Positions 50,025-59,009 are shown, numbered from the stretch's first letter. The stretch is 64,000 nucleotides of DNA from Patescibacteria group bacterium (GCA_023380475.1 JAMCRD010000003.1:28397-92396), one strand, 5' to 3'. Notes: a model not told the origin generated them from the letters alone. A program made the numbers and translations.

Positions 50025-51402
50025 ATTCGCGCCTTCTCCGACAGGTTCATTGCATATCGGAGGAGCGCGCACAGCGCTATTTAACTGGCTGCACGCGAAA
50101 TCGCAGGGCGGTCATTTTATCCTTCGGATTGAAGACACGGACCGCGAGCGGTCCACCCCTGAGTCCGAGGCGGACATTTTGGAGGGGCTGTCTTGGCTAG
50201 GGATAACCTGGGACGAGTTCTACCGCCAGAGCGATCGGATTGGGATCTATCGCGAGTATCTTAAAAAACTTATTGATGACGACAAAGCGTATTACTGCTT
50301 CTGTTCCAAGGAAGACCTGGAGGCTGAACGGCAGGCGTTGGTAGCTCAAGGTTTTCCTCCCAAATATTCCGGCCGATGTCGCGCCCTCTCAAAAGAAGAG
50401 GTAGTCAAACGACTTAACGAAAATAAAGAACACGTCATCCGTTTCAAAGTACCCGAAAGGGAAGTGGTGTTTAAGGACTTAATAAGAGGCCAAGTGAAGT
50501 TCGACGCCTCGCTGTCGGGCGACGTCATAATCGCCAAAAATCTGGACCAGCCACTGTACAACTTTGCGGTAACTGTCGACGACTTTCTGATGGGTATAAC
50601 ACATGTGATCAGGGGAGAGGAGCACCTCTCGAACACGCCTAAACAGATACTGCTGGCTGAGGCTATGGGCATGAACGCACCGCAATTCGCACATCTTCCT
50701 CTCATCTTAAATACTGACCGCAGCAAGATGTCCAAGCGTATGTCTGACGTCGCCTTGCATGACTATCGTAACAAAGGCTATCTACCGCAAGCGATAGTCA
50801 ATTTTATATCCTTCCTAGGATGGCATCCCAGGGAGGACAAAGATATGATGAGTCTCGACCAGATCACATCCGAATTTGAGCTTAACCGCGTTCAGAAAGG
50901 CGGAGCTATATTCAATGTAGATAAATTGGATTGGCTGAACGCTCACTATATCAACAGCCTGACTCCTGAAGAGCTAGCCGGGATGGCTAAGCCCTTCATG
51001 CCTGAAGGGTACGAACTGACAATCGCGATGGCGGCCAGTGTAAAAGGGAGAATAAAAACCTTGGCTGAGATACAAGGCATAGTTGATTTGTTCTTCAAGC
51101 TGCCGGCGTATGATACTGAATTATTAAAATGGAAAGACATGCCGCTTTCACAGGTGACCTCTAACCTGGAGTCAGCTTTAACCGTGCTAAATAAAATAGG
51201 CGAGAGTGACTACAACCAAGCTAATCTCGAGAAGGTTTTATCACCGCTGGCACCGGAAGGGAATAGGGGAGAACTCTTCTGGCCGCTAAGAGTTGCTCTC
51301 TCGGGCAGTAAAGCTTCTCCCGGTCCATTCGAGATAATGGAAGTCTTGGGTAAACAGGAAAGCCTCTCCAGAATAGAGAAAGCCATCACTAAAGCTAGAT
51401 AA
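50011..51402 (+). CDS. gltX: glutamyl-tRNA synthetase
   Basis: RFAPSPTGSLHIGGARTALFNWL (HIGH) and KMSKR are class I motifs. Confidence 0.9.
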   Translation: MVRVRFAPSPTGSLHIGGARTALFNWLHAKSQGGHFILRIEDTDRERSTPESEADILEGLSWLGITWDEFYRQSDRIGIYREYLKKLIDDDKAYYCFCSKEDLEAERQALVAQGFPPKYSGRCRALSKEEVVKRLNENKEHVIRFKVPEREVVFKDLIRGQVKFDASLSGDVIIAKNLDQPLYNFAVTVDDFLMGITHVIRGEEHLSNTPKQILLAEAMGMNAPQFAHLPLILNTDRSKMSKRMSDVALHDYRNKGYLPQAIVNFISFLGWHPREDKDMMSLDQITSEFELNRVQKGGAIFNVDKLDWLNAHYINSLTPEELAGMAKPFMPEGYELTIAMAASVKGRIKTLAEIQGIVDLFFKLPAYDTELLKWKDMPLSQVTSNLESALTVLNKIGESDYNQANLEKVLSPLAPEGNRGELFWPLRVALSGSKASPGPFEIMEVLGKQESLSRIEKAITKAR

Positions 51403-51404
51403 AC

Positions 51405-52682
51405 ATGGTTCGTAAAATCATCCATAGCAGAGAAATGGCCAAGTTCCTGACCGCGACGGTTCTGCTGGTTAATCTCGCTACGCCTTTTACAGCGGCAGCT
51501 CAAACCGTGACGACTCAACCCACAGCTGCCTCCACCGCATCCCTGCAATCCGAGATCGACGCCAACAATCAGGCAATAGCTAACCTAAATGCACAGATAG
51601 CCCAGTATCAAGCTGAGATCCAGCAGGCTGGAGAAAACAAGAAGACTCTTCAGGCAGCCATCAATTCCCTCAACCTGCAACGCAAAAAGATACAAACACA
51701 AATATACGTCACTAAAGCCCAGATTAGTACCACCAACATCCAGATCCAGCAACTCGGCGACAGTATAGCCAGCACTACACAGATAATCGCCTCCGAGCAG
51801 GAAGCACTAGCCGCAGATATGCGTCTCTTAGAACAAGCTGATAATCAGGAACCACTAGCGATAATATTGTCTTCCGGCACTCTAGACCAAGCCTGGACCA
51901 ACGCTAACGCGGCTCTTCAAATTCAGGAAGCGATTCAAGAAAAGATGACTGCACTTAGGGCTCAAGAAGATAGCCTTACGACTTCCCAAACTGCTTCCCA
52001 AGTTAAACAGGCGACGCTTTCTTCACAGCAACAAACCCTGACCAAACAACAGCAGACCCTGACTGATACAGAAAAATCTAAGACTCGGCTGTTGTCCGAA
52101 ACGAACGCGCAAGAGTCCGTGTATGAACAACTCCTTGCCTCAGCCGAAGAGCAACTCAACAGCATTTCAACATTTTCAAAAAACGCTGGGGGATCAGGAA
52201 TCCTAGGAGATCAAACCCGATGCGATGCTTGGGGGTGCTATTATAACCAGCGCGATGCCGCCTGGGGCAGCGATCCGCTGGACGGCACGAGCTATACTCT
52301 CGCCAGCGATGGTTGCCTAGTAACTTCGGTGGCCATGGTCCTGACTCACTACGGCTATCACAATGTCACACCCGTGACTATAAATACCAACCCCAACAAC
52401 TTTGCGCCATACTTCCCAGCTTATTTGCTGACCACCATAAACGTTGATGGGACTACAGTCACCAGAGTCAGAGCGGCGATTGATGCCACACTGGCCACCG
52501 GTAACCCGGTGATAGTTGGCTTGCATGCCTACGGCGGCACCCACTTTGTAGTTTTGGTGAGCGGCAGCAAGGGTAATTACATCATGCGCGACCCATACAT
52601 AGAAAACGGCGACAATATTCTATTTGCAGATCACTATTCCCTAAGGAGCGTCTTTGCGGTAACCAAGGTACAAATAAGCTGA
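51405..52682 (+). CDS. secreted coiled-coil protein with a C-terminal C39-like cysteine peptidase domain (PcsB-like architecture)
   Basis: A signal peptide, about 230 aa of Q/A-rich coiled-coil, then DGCLVTSVAMVLTHYGY and HAYGGTHFVVLVSG (a Cys/His papain-like pair). Confidence 0.5.
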   Translation: MVRKIIHSREMAKFLTATVLLVNLATPFTAAAQTVTTQPTAASTASLQSEIDANNQAIANLNAQIAQYQAEIQQAGENKKTLQAAINSLNLQRKKIQTQIYVTKAQISTTNIQIQQLGDSIASTTQIIASEQEALAADMRLLEQADNQEPLAIILSSGTLDQAWTNANAALQIQEAIQEKMTALRAQEDSLTTSQTASQVKQATLSSQQQTLTKQQQTLTDTEKSKTRLLSETNAQESVYEQLLASAEEQLNSISTFSKNAGGSGILGDQTRCDAWGCYYNQRDAAWGSDPLDGTSYTLASDGCLVTSVAMVLTHYGYHNVTPVTINTNPNNFAPYFPAYLLTTINVDGTTVTRVRAAIDATLATGNPVIVGLHAYGGTHFVVLVSGSKGNYIMRDPYIENGDNILFADHYSLRSVFAVTKVQIS

Positions 52683-52719
52683 TTTCCCATTTAAGACTAT
52701 ATATGCTATACTCTGTCAA

Positions 52720-52872
52720 ATGGGTTTGCAGACGCTGATAAACAATGTGACATCCACCGCTGCTACCATAATTGGTCCGGCCAAAACTATTCTCGTGTCT
52801 GTAACTCAGATCATCGTACAGATATTGCAATACATTGTTTACCTTCTTAATTTACTGATATCTAAGCTATAG
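52720..52872 (+). CDS. small hydrophobic peptide (50 aa, hypothetical)
   Basis: MGLQTLINNVTSTAATIIGPAKTILVSVTQIIVQILQYIVYLLNLLISKL, followed by a terminator. It is not in the ORF track. Confidence 0.25.
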   Translation: MGLQTLINNVTSTAATIIGPAKTILVSVTQIIVQILQYIVYLLNLLISKL

Positions 52873-52891
52873 CAAGATACCTACAAATAAC

Positions 52892-52920
52892 AAAACAGTC
52901 CTCCAAGAGGGGACTGTTTT
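52892..52920 (+). terminator. rho-independent terminator
   Basis: aaaacagtcctccaagaggggactgtttt. Confidence 0.7.
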
Positions 52921-52940
52921 TAGTATGGTATGATAAACCA

Positions 52941-53618
52941 ATGTTCACTCCTATAAGGAAAGTAAACGGGATATCTTATGAAAGAATAGCTGTTAAGACA
53001 CATCTGATAAGATTCGGGGAAAATCTTATAGGACTCCTCAAAAAATATGTTTCACCTGTTTTGAAGCCGGGGGATTGGTTAGCACTTTCTGAAAAAGTTG
53101 TGTCGGTAACGCAAAACAATATCCGCCATATTTCGACTGTAAAAGTTAGTTGGCTAGCCAAATTGATTGTGAGGGGAGTGAAGAAATACCCCGATGACAA
53201 AGGATGGGACAATCCTGAGAAAATGCAGGTAGCAATAGAAATGGCTGGTTATCCAAGAGCTATCCTAGCAATGTTGCTCGGCGGCATCGGGAAGGTGTTC
53301 CATATCCGTGGCATCTTCTGGACTGTCTTAGGGCACCGCGCTGGAGAACTTGATGGCTTCAATCCAGTGGTTCTTCAACCGTATCGAGAAAACGTCGCTC
53401 TACCGCCATCGCATCCAAGAGAAATGTGCGAAAGGATTGAACGAGAATTGGGCGCACCGGCAGTGATCATAGACGGCAATAACATCAATGTTAAAGTCAT
53501 CGCGATGAGCCACGGCATGCCAGTAAACACTAAGTTCGCTAGATTGGTGCTCTTGGACAATCCCATGGGGCAGGAAGATGAACTAACCCCCTTCATAATT
53601 GTGCGTAAGAAAGATTAA
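52941..53618 (+). CDS. CofE-like (F420-0:gamma-glutamyl ligase family) protein, putative
   Basis: KPGDWLALSEKVVSVTQNN and IIDGNNINVKVIAMSHG resemble the CofE-fold pattern. The match is modest. Confidence 0.35.
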   Translation: MFTPIRKVNGISYERIAVKTHLIRFGENLIGLLKKYVSPVLKPGDWLALSEKVVSVTQNNIRHISTVKVSWLAKLIVRGVKKYPDDKGWDNPEKMQVAIEMAGYPRAILAMLLGGIGKVFHIRGIFWTVLGHRAGELDGFNPVVLQPYRENVALPPSHPREMCERIERELGAPAVIIDGNNINVKVIAMSHGMPVNTKFARLVLLDNPMGQEDELTPFIIVRKKD

Positions 53619-54226
53619 TGATAATCACCTGGGCCGGCGTAAAGCCTATTTTTGCCATTCTCAGTTTGATCACCACCTTATGGGCTGTACTCCCGTATCT
53701 ACGCGACATATTTCTCAAAAAGACGAAGCCCCATGCTTACACTTGGTTGATCTGGACCATAACCCAAGGCACTGCCGCCGCTGGATTGATATATGGCAAG
53801 GGAGGATGGGGAGGCTTAGAACTGGTTGTTGGTACGGCATTGGTATTCATAATATTTCTTCTGTCTCTAAAATATGGCACACGCAGTATAACTAAAAGTG
53901 ACACCGTGGTGCTCATATTCGCGCTGCTAGCGATTGTAATATGGTGGCAATTACATAACCCGTTCCTTGCCGTGATCATGGTGTCAGCCATAGATTTTGC
54001 CGGCTATATACCAAGTTTCAGAAAAACATTTTATGAACCATGGACCGAGACACCATCTTCTTGGGCAATATTCTCGTTGGGCAATATTTTAAACATACTT
54101 GCTCTCAGCCAATATAATTTCCTGACGCTTACTTATCTTATTACGATTATTATTGCTAACGCAGTACTCTTGGCGGTCTGTCTTATAAGGAGACAAGTTG
54201 TACTCCCTGACGCACCTACTAAATAG
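53618..54226 (+). CDS. polytopic membrane protein (hypothetical)
   Basis: A 202-aa protein with 6 TM helices. Its start overlaps the stop of the CofE-like gene (ATGA). Confidence 0.45.
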   Translation: MIITWAGVKPIFAILSLITTLWAVLPYLRDIFLKKTKPHAYTWLIWTITQGTAAAGLIYGKGGWGGLELVVGTALVFIIFLLSLKYGTRSITKSDTVVLIFALLAIVIWWQLHNPFLAVIMVSAIDFAGYIPSFRKTFYEPWTETPSSWAIFSLGNILNILALSQYNFLTLTYLITIIIANAVLLAVCLIRRQVVLPDAPTK

Positions 54227-54494
54227 GGGACTTATCTCAACAACCCATTCGGATTTTATATTTACGAAACTCCACGCAGATCTTTTCAGTTCAATTTACT
54301 TTTTCAGAATGTTATGTTGAGCTAACGTTGCTCATCCACATCGGCACGCCTCGCTGACTCTGCTAGAATAGCTACAGGGGAGCAGGTTAAGAACCTAATA
54401 TCAATCGTCGTATAATGGCTTTTATACGGCAAATTGCCCAAAAGAAAGCCACTTCTACTCCCCCCTAGGACAACTTAACACGAATATATGCCAT

Positions 54495-54520
54495 CCCGAC
54501 CTGAAAAGGTCGGGTTTCTT
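54495..54520 (+). terminator. terminator-like hairpin at the left edge of the phage region
   Basis: cccgacc-tgaaaa-ggtcggg followed by tttctt. Confidence 0.5.
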
Positions 54521-54545
54521 GGTTTAGAAAGGAAAAAACAATAAG

Positions 54546-54668
54546 ATGGATCGCAACAAAGTCAAGCAGCTAATCGGAGGGCTTACCTTCCTAGCTGCCT
54601 TTTTAATTCTTTCGTACGGTCTGCTGGTCGAGTTGGCAATTCTTAACGCAAGATGGTCTGTAAGATAA
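54546..54668 (+). CDS. small single-TM protein (40 aa; holin-like, speculative)
   Basis: MDRNKVKQLIGGLTFLAAFLILSYGLLVELAILNARWSVR, preceded by aaagga as an RBS. Confidence 0.25.
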   Translation: MDRNKVKQLIGGLTFLAAFLILSYGLLVELAILNARWSVR

Positions 54669-54895
54669 AGGAAAAGTCCAACCTGTGCATCCACGGCTAT
54701 ACCTATGGATATTGCCCAGGGGGGTGCACGCAGTTCGTCGATACAAGGGAATATCTCAAAGAAAAGCGCCGAGAGTTCCTGAAGTTATGGGGTCCCAAAG
54801 ACTGGACTGACCCTATGACCAAAAAAACAATTTGTCTCAGATTAGTTAATTACGACAGATTGATCCGGATGGCGCCAGGAGTCGAAGCAAATTAA
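54653..54895 (+). CDS. hypothetical Cys-containing small protein
   Basis: An 80-aa ORF carrying CIHGYTYGYCPGGC, with no recognisable family. Confidence 0.35.
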   Translation: MVCKIKEKSNLCIHGYTYGYCPGGCTQFVDTREYLKEKRREFLKLWGPKDWTDPMTKKTICLRLVNYDRLIRMAPGVEAN

Positions 54896-55019
54896 CAACG
54901 GTCTCAATCGGGAGGGATGCGATCCCCCTCTAAGCGCTTCATAAGAGTGCCGGGAAGACTAGGAAGTTTAATCGGAGACGGTTGGCTTCCTCTCTCCCGA
55001 TTACCAAGATTAAAAGCAA

Positions 55020-56012
55020 ATGAAAACATACACATACGAACCAACAAAACATCCTAGGCTCTTTCGCGTGGTAGACCGCGAGGGGAATTGGGAAAGGTAT
55101 TTCCTGACCGACCTTGTACCTGAAAAGGGCCGAGAAATATCGACCATGGGCGGAGTTTATCTTCGTGGCGTTACTACCATCCTTGATAAGGGATACGCCA
55201 AAGGAGAAGGTCTGTTACGCTTTCTGTCGCAGCATACCGAATCGGAAAGAGATGAGATCCTAAAGTCGGCTGGCGAGAGAGGTGACAAAGTTCACCGCGC
55301 TATTGCCATGCTCAGCGAAGGCTTAGGAACTCTCAACAAAACCGATGGGGTCTATAACCGTGAGATCAAAGAATACGAACCCTTGAGCAATGAGGAATGG
55401 GATTGTCTATTGGCTTTTGAGAGTTTTTGGAGAAGGCACGAACCGATAGTGTTGCAATCAGAAGCACCACTCTATTCGTTGGAAGGAGGGTACGCTGGGA
55501 CAGCCGATAAGATTTGGATCTTAACGAAAGCCTGTGATGTCAAGATGTGCCCTTGCAAGGACTGGATAAACCTCATCGGTCTGAACGATTACAAGACCAG
55601 TTCTGGTATTTACCCGAGCTACTGGGCTCAAGTCGGAGCCTACGCTAAAGCTGAGAACATCAAAGAGTATCTCCCAACGGGCAGAGTGATTGACTACACC
55701 TCGATCCTGCGGCTTGGCACAAACCACAAAACAACGGGAGGTTATGAGTTTCGGGTCAGCAACAGGCTCGGGGCTCAATATGAGTTGTTTGGGGCAGCCA
55801 AGACGATAGCCAACTATGAGAGCAATGAGTTCGATCCCTCCAAAGAGGTTCAAGAAATTCCTGATTCAATCACCATTGAATTGAAAAAGATGCCGGAGTC
55901 CGTCGAAACTCCCAAAGTCGAAAAGAAAAATGGAAAAGGTAAAAGAAATCAACCAAAAGCTGGGCGTAGTGCCAAAGCTAAGGCTGGGCACGCAGCAACC
56001 AGCCAAAAGTAA
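55020..56012 (+). CDS. RecB-family PD-(D/E)xK nuclease (phage-type exonuclease)
   Basis: GDKVHRAIA (motif I His), GTADKI (D), LNDYKTS (DxK) and QVGAYAKA (QxxxY). The C-terminal tail is K-rich. Confidence 0.55.
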   Translation: MKTYTYEPTKHPRLFRVVDREGNWERYFLTDLVPEKGREISTMGGVYLRGVTTILDKGYAKGEGLLRFLSQHTESERDEILKSAGERGDKVHRAIAMLSEGLGTLNKTDGVYNREIKEYEPLSNEEWDCLLAFESFWRRHEPIVLQSEAPLYSLEGGYAGTADKIWILTKACDVKMCPCKDWINLIGLNDYKTSSGIYPSYWAQVGAYAKAENIKEYLPTGRVIDYTSILRLGTNHKTTGGYEFRVSNRLGAQYELFGAAKTIANYESNEFDPSKEVQEIPDSITIELKKMPESVETPKVEKKNGKGKRNQPKAGRSAKAKAGHAATSQK

Positions 56013-56421
56013 GGACGGCAAGATCTACAACGCCATTGTTCCTAATGGTCCGCATCGATTAAAGTTTTTGGACGAACCAGTCGTCATTATAGCTAACATC
56101 AACGGTAAACCTGGGAAGGTCTTGAAATTCACAGTCGAAGAGAACGGCCAGAAGTTTCGTTGGATAGTAAAAATACTAAACGCCGAGGGACAGCCCAATT
56201 ATCTATTGGAACATCTTGAGCCTGTTATGGTCGGCGAGGAAAGAATAGTGGAGATGAAAAACAAGGGCGCTCGCAAGTTCATCGAGATCAGGAAGGTTGG
56301 AGAGGAATCAGCCTCGGAGGATGAAACCGATGAGATAGTCGATTACAAGGAGGATGAGGGATTGTCCGAAGACGAACTCAACGAGATGAGTCGCAGGGCC
56401 AAAGAAGATCTGAAAGAATGA
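55930..56421 (+). CDS. hypothetical phage protein with an acidic C-terminus
   Basis: A 163-aa ORF overlapping the nuclease gene by 83 nt in another frame. Its true start may be a downstream non-ATG codon. Confidence 0.35.
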   Translation: MEKVKEINQKLGVVPKLRLGTQQPAKSKDGKIYNAIVPNGPHRLKFLDEPVVIIANINGKPGKVLKFTVEENGQKFRWIVKILNAEGQPNYLLEHLEPVMVGEERIVEMKNKGARKFIEIRKVGEESASEDETDEIVDYKEDEGLSEDELNEMSRRAKEDLKE

Positions 56422-56603
56422 AAGCCTATCTCATACAAATTGAAGTGCGTCTTTCCTCCAAATCATATTTTCAGACACTGGGAGAGTCGCGACAGAATTG
56501 CAGCTCAGCGGAGACCGCCTCCAGTAGGGCTTTGAGAGAACTCAGACATGAATTGAAAGGTCGGAGGATAGCCGAGTACAAGATCCATATCACCAAGTGC
56601 TAG
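56418..56603 (+). CDS. hypothetical small protein
   Basis: A 61-aa ORF with an ATGA overlap with the upstream gene. Confidence 0.25.
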   Translation: MKAYLIQIEVRLSSKSYFQTLGESRQNCSSAETASSRALRELRHELKGRRIAEYKIHITKC

Positions 56604-56702
56604 TTATCTGACTGGGGCGTCCGGGCCAGATTAAGATCAACACTCCAAGTATCTCGATCTCATCGGCGTCTTGGTCAAGGAGAATAAGCAAAAGGGGAAG
56701 CG

Positions 56703-57185
56703 ATGTACTACATAAATATATCAAACGGTCTGCTTAAAGATTCCCACCGTACAAGGATGGGAGAGGCTATTTGGGAGTTCATGTGGTTATTGGATCGTAT
56801 GACTAGCGAGAGCGAGGATGGCATAGGGAAAGTCTTGGGGGGCAGGCCGATAAAGATTGATGAAATAGCCTGTGGATTTCCTGTGCATAGGACAACGGTG
56901 ATCCGCAATCTCAAACGCTTGGAGAATGAAGGATACATCAACGTTATTCGGGCTCCTTACGGATTAGTGATAACTGTGAATAAAGCCAAGAAAAAGCTAG
57001 TGAGAGATGTTGCGAGTTTGCACAGAGATATAGCGGATACGCAACATCTAATTAGATATAGCAAAGACGCAACATCTAATAATACTAAACACTACTTAAC
57101 AAAGACTAAACAGTCGGCACGCCCTGCGGGCGTCGATGTTAAACCCCTTGAAGGCGTAAGAGGGGGAGGATTAAGGCATATATGA
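56703..57185 (+). CDS. winged helix-turn-helix DNA-binding protein (phage regulator or replication-organiser-like)
   Basis: GFPVHRTTVIRNLKRLENEGYINVIR is a classic wHTH, followed by a basic tail. Confidence 0.5.
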   Translation: MYYINISNGLLKDSHRTRMGEAIWEFMWLLDRMTSESEDGIGKVLGGRPIKIDEIACGFPVHRTTVIRNLKRLENEGYINVIRAPYGLVITVNKAKKKLVRDVASLHRDIADTQHLIRYSKDATSNNTKHYLTKTKQSARPAGVDVKPLEGVRGGGLRHI

Positions 57186-57279
57186 ACCAAATGCCCGAAA
57201 AATACGTTACGGGCAGTTAACAAAACTCTAGGCGGTTCGTCGATGCCGATTAATCAAGAATCAAAAGTCAAAAAACAAA

Positions 57280-57756
57280 ATGAACAAAAACGACATAAAC
57301 AACAACTGGGTAGAAATAGGATACAAGCAAATCCCCCAAAAGGTTTTCGACAAATACGGAGTCAAGCCGTTCGAGATAATGAAACGGAAGATGCGCAAAA
57401 AAGAGGGTCAAGTCTGGAACCTCATCTCTTACAATGACGCCAAAGAAGAAGCCGAGCGACGGGGCTGCCGTCTTCCCTCCGTTCAGGAGATGCTGGTACT
57501 GCTCGAATGGTACAAGCACGAGAAGGGGAACAAGGCGAATATCAGAGACAATCAATTTCTGGGCATAGAGGAGCTTTCATATAAGGAGTTTGTCTATCTG
57601 GAATGGGTGGAAGGACTAATTCCGTACCTTCGCGGTGGCGATTGGGGTAATGGCTCGGGTGGTGGGCCGTTCACGTTGAACCTGGATTGGGGCGCGGGCA
57701 CTACGAGCACCTATGTGGGTTTCCGCTGTGCCCGCAGCCGTAGAAATCCGAAATAA
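57280..57756 (+). CDS. FGE-sulfatase (SUMF1-like) domain protein, short form
   Basis: GCRLPSVQEMLVLLEW resembles RLPTEAEWEYA. YLRGGDWGNG and the C-terminal VGFRCARS are the family hallmark. Confidence 0.5.
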   Translation: MNKNDINNNWVEIGYKQIPQKVFDKYGVKPFEIMKRKMRKKEGQVWNLISYNDAKEEAERRGCRLPSVQEMLVLLEWYKHEKGNKANIRDNQFLGIEELSYKEFVYLEWVEGLIPYLRGGDWGNGSGGGPFTLNLDWGAGTTSTYVGFRCARSRRNPK

Positions 57757-57763
57757 AACGAAG

Positions 57764-58153
57764 ATGGAGCTTAAATTGACCCAACACGACATAATCAGGA
57801 ACTACCTCGACGGGAAGGGATGGGTGTACGAGTACAAAATCCGAGGGCTGGACACCGAGTGGGGCTTCATCGGGGCCAGAGGGGACAGGGACGTAAGGCA
57901 GATGATAAGGAACGGGGAACTGGAAGCCTCCTTTAACGGCAAATACCGAATAGTCAGATTGAAAAGGTCGCCGAGTCCAAGAGAACTAGCGGATGAACTC
58001 AACCAAGAAATTGAGGAGAAAGGCGGACAGGTTGTGGCAGATAAAATGCCAAGCCCTATCAAAGAGGTGTCTGGTATGCGGACGGCCGACGCAGGTATGC
58101 CATCACTTTTTCCCGAAGAGCATAGCGGCATCTCTTCGCTACGACATTTCTAA
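57764..58153 (+). CDS. hypothetical phage protein
   Basis: MELKLTQHDIIRNYLDGKGWVYEYKIRGLDTEWGF... It overlaps the HNH gene by 160 nt in another frame. Confidence 0.3.
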   Translation: MELKLTQHDIIRNYLDGKGWVYEYKIRGLDTEWGFIGARGDRDVRQMIRNGELEASFNGKYRIVRLKRSPSPRELADELNQEIEEKGGQVVADKMPSPIKEVSGMRTADAGMPSLFPEEHSGISSLRHF

Positions 58154-58370
58154 CGGCGTTCCGTTATGCAACGTTTGCCATTTCAAGCTGCACAACGGAG
58201 ACCCCACCGTGGGGGCGAAGATACTGGAATTGAGGGGAGCAAAATGGCTGGAGGGATTGGAAGAGCGGCGCAAGGGGAAGGTCAGACCGACGGTGGGATA
58301 TTTCGAGAAAGTCATCGCCGACCTGTCTAACGAGACTGACGAGAAACAAAGAAAGGACAAAGAAAAATGA
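57993..58370 (+). CDS. HNH endonuclease
   Basis: CLVCGRPTQVCHHFFPKS...NGVPLCNVCHFKLH is a CxxC...HH...N...CxxC...H HNH Zn-finger nuclease motif. Confidence 0.65.
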   Translation: MNSTKKLRRKADRLWQIKCQALSKRCLVCGRPTQVCHHFFPKSIAASLRYDISNGVPLCNVCHFKLHNGDPTVGAKILELRGAKWLEGLEERRKGKVRPTVGYFEKVIADLSNETDEKQRKDKEK

Positions 58371-58522
58371 AACAAAAAATGAAGAGGCTCACGGTGTGGG
58401 TAACGACGGAGAATCTGAAGCAGCTCGCCAAACTCGCCAGGGAGTCCAACAAGTCTCGGGTAATCAGGGGTTTAATCGTAAAGGCCGCAGGTGGGGGTTC
58501 CCAGTCGGAAAAGGTACGGTAA
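58367..58522 (+). CDS. ribbon-helix-helix (CopG/Arc-like) small DNA-binding protein
   Basis: MKQKMKRLTVWVTTENLKQLAKLARESNKSRVIRGLI follows the beta-alpha-alpha RHH pattern. Its ATG overlaps the HNH stop (ATGA). It is not in the ORF track. Confidence 0.45.
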   Translation: MKQKMKRLTVWVTTENLKQLAKLARESNKSRVIRGLIVKAAGGGSQSEKVR

Positions 58523-58562
58523 AGACAAAAACAAAAGAGATGGACGATAATAAATTAGAAAA

Positions 58563-59009
58563 ATGAGGCAAATTAAATCAGCATTGGGAGAAGTATTGAA
58601 ACTCCTCAACAAGTCCTATAAAGATCAGGAAATCCGTGTTTGCGACAACTGTGGAGTCCCATTGATATGGACTTTTTGTTGGGCGTATCGCGAGAGATAC
58701 TGTCTCAACTGTGGGATAAGTGGCGCAATGCTGGGGACTGGCGAAGATGTGGAATTAACCAGCGAATTGAAGTATGAGGCAAGGGTGATAGATGACATCT
58801 GGAAAGCAATCTACAAAAATCTAGTGCCGCGTTCATCTTACAAACGGAATGGATGTAAGAAGTGTGAGGGAGAAGATCATAACAAACACCTCTCAAGGTC
58901 CGAAATTTTTAGAGATAAAACAGCGACGGAAATTCTCAAAAAATTAGCGGAGGGCTTCACCGTTAAAAGAGAAATTTTAGAAAGAGGATTATATCAGGGA
59001 CAAGTTTAG
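58563..59009 (+). CDS. zinc-ribbon hypothetical phage protein
   Basis: CDNCG...CLNCG plus CKKCEGEDH suggest two Zn-binding knuckles. Confidence 0.35.
   Translation: MRQIKSALGEVLKLLNKSYKDQEIRVCDNCGVPLIWTFCWAYRERYCLNCGISGAMLGTGEDVELTSELKYEARVIDDIWKAIYKNLVPRSSYKRNGCKKCEGEDHNKHLSRSEIFRDKTATEILKKLAEGFTVKREILERGLYQGQV

Noticed and set aside
54230-54540. Searched the phage left junction for an integrase remnant, tRNA fragment or att-like direct repeat.
   Set aside because: I found only a hairpin (54495-54520) and AT-rich promoter-like boxes. There is no repeat matching the tRNA-Gln 3' end and no integrase ORF.
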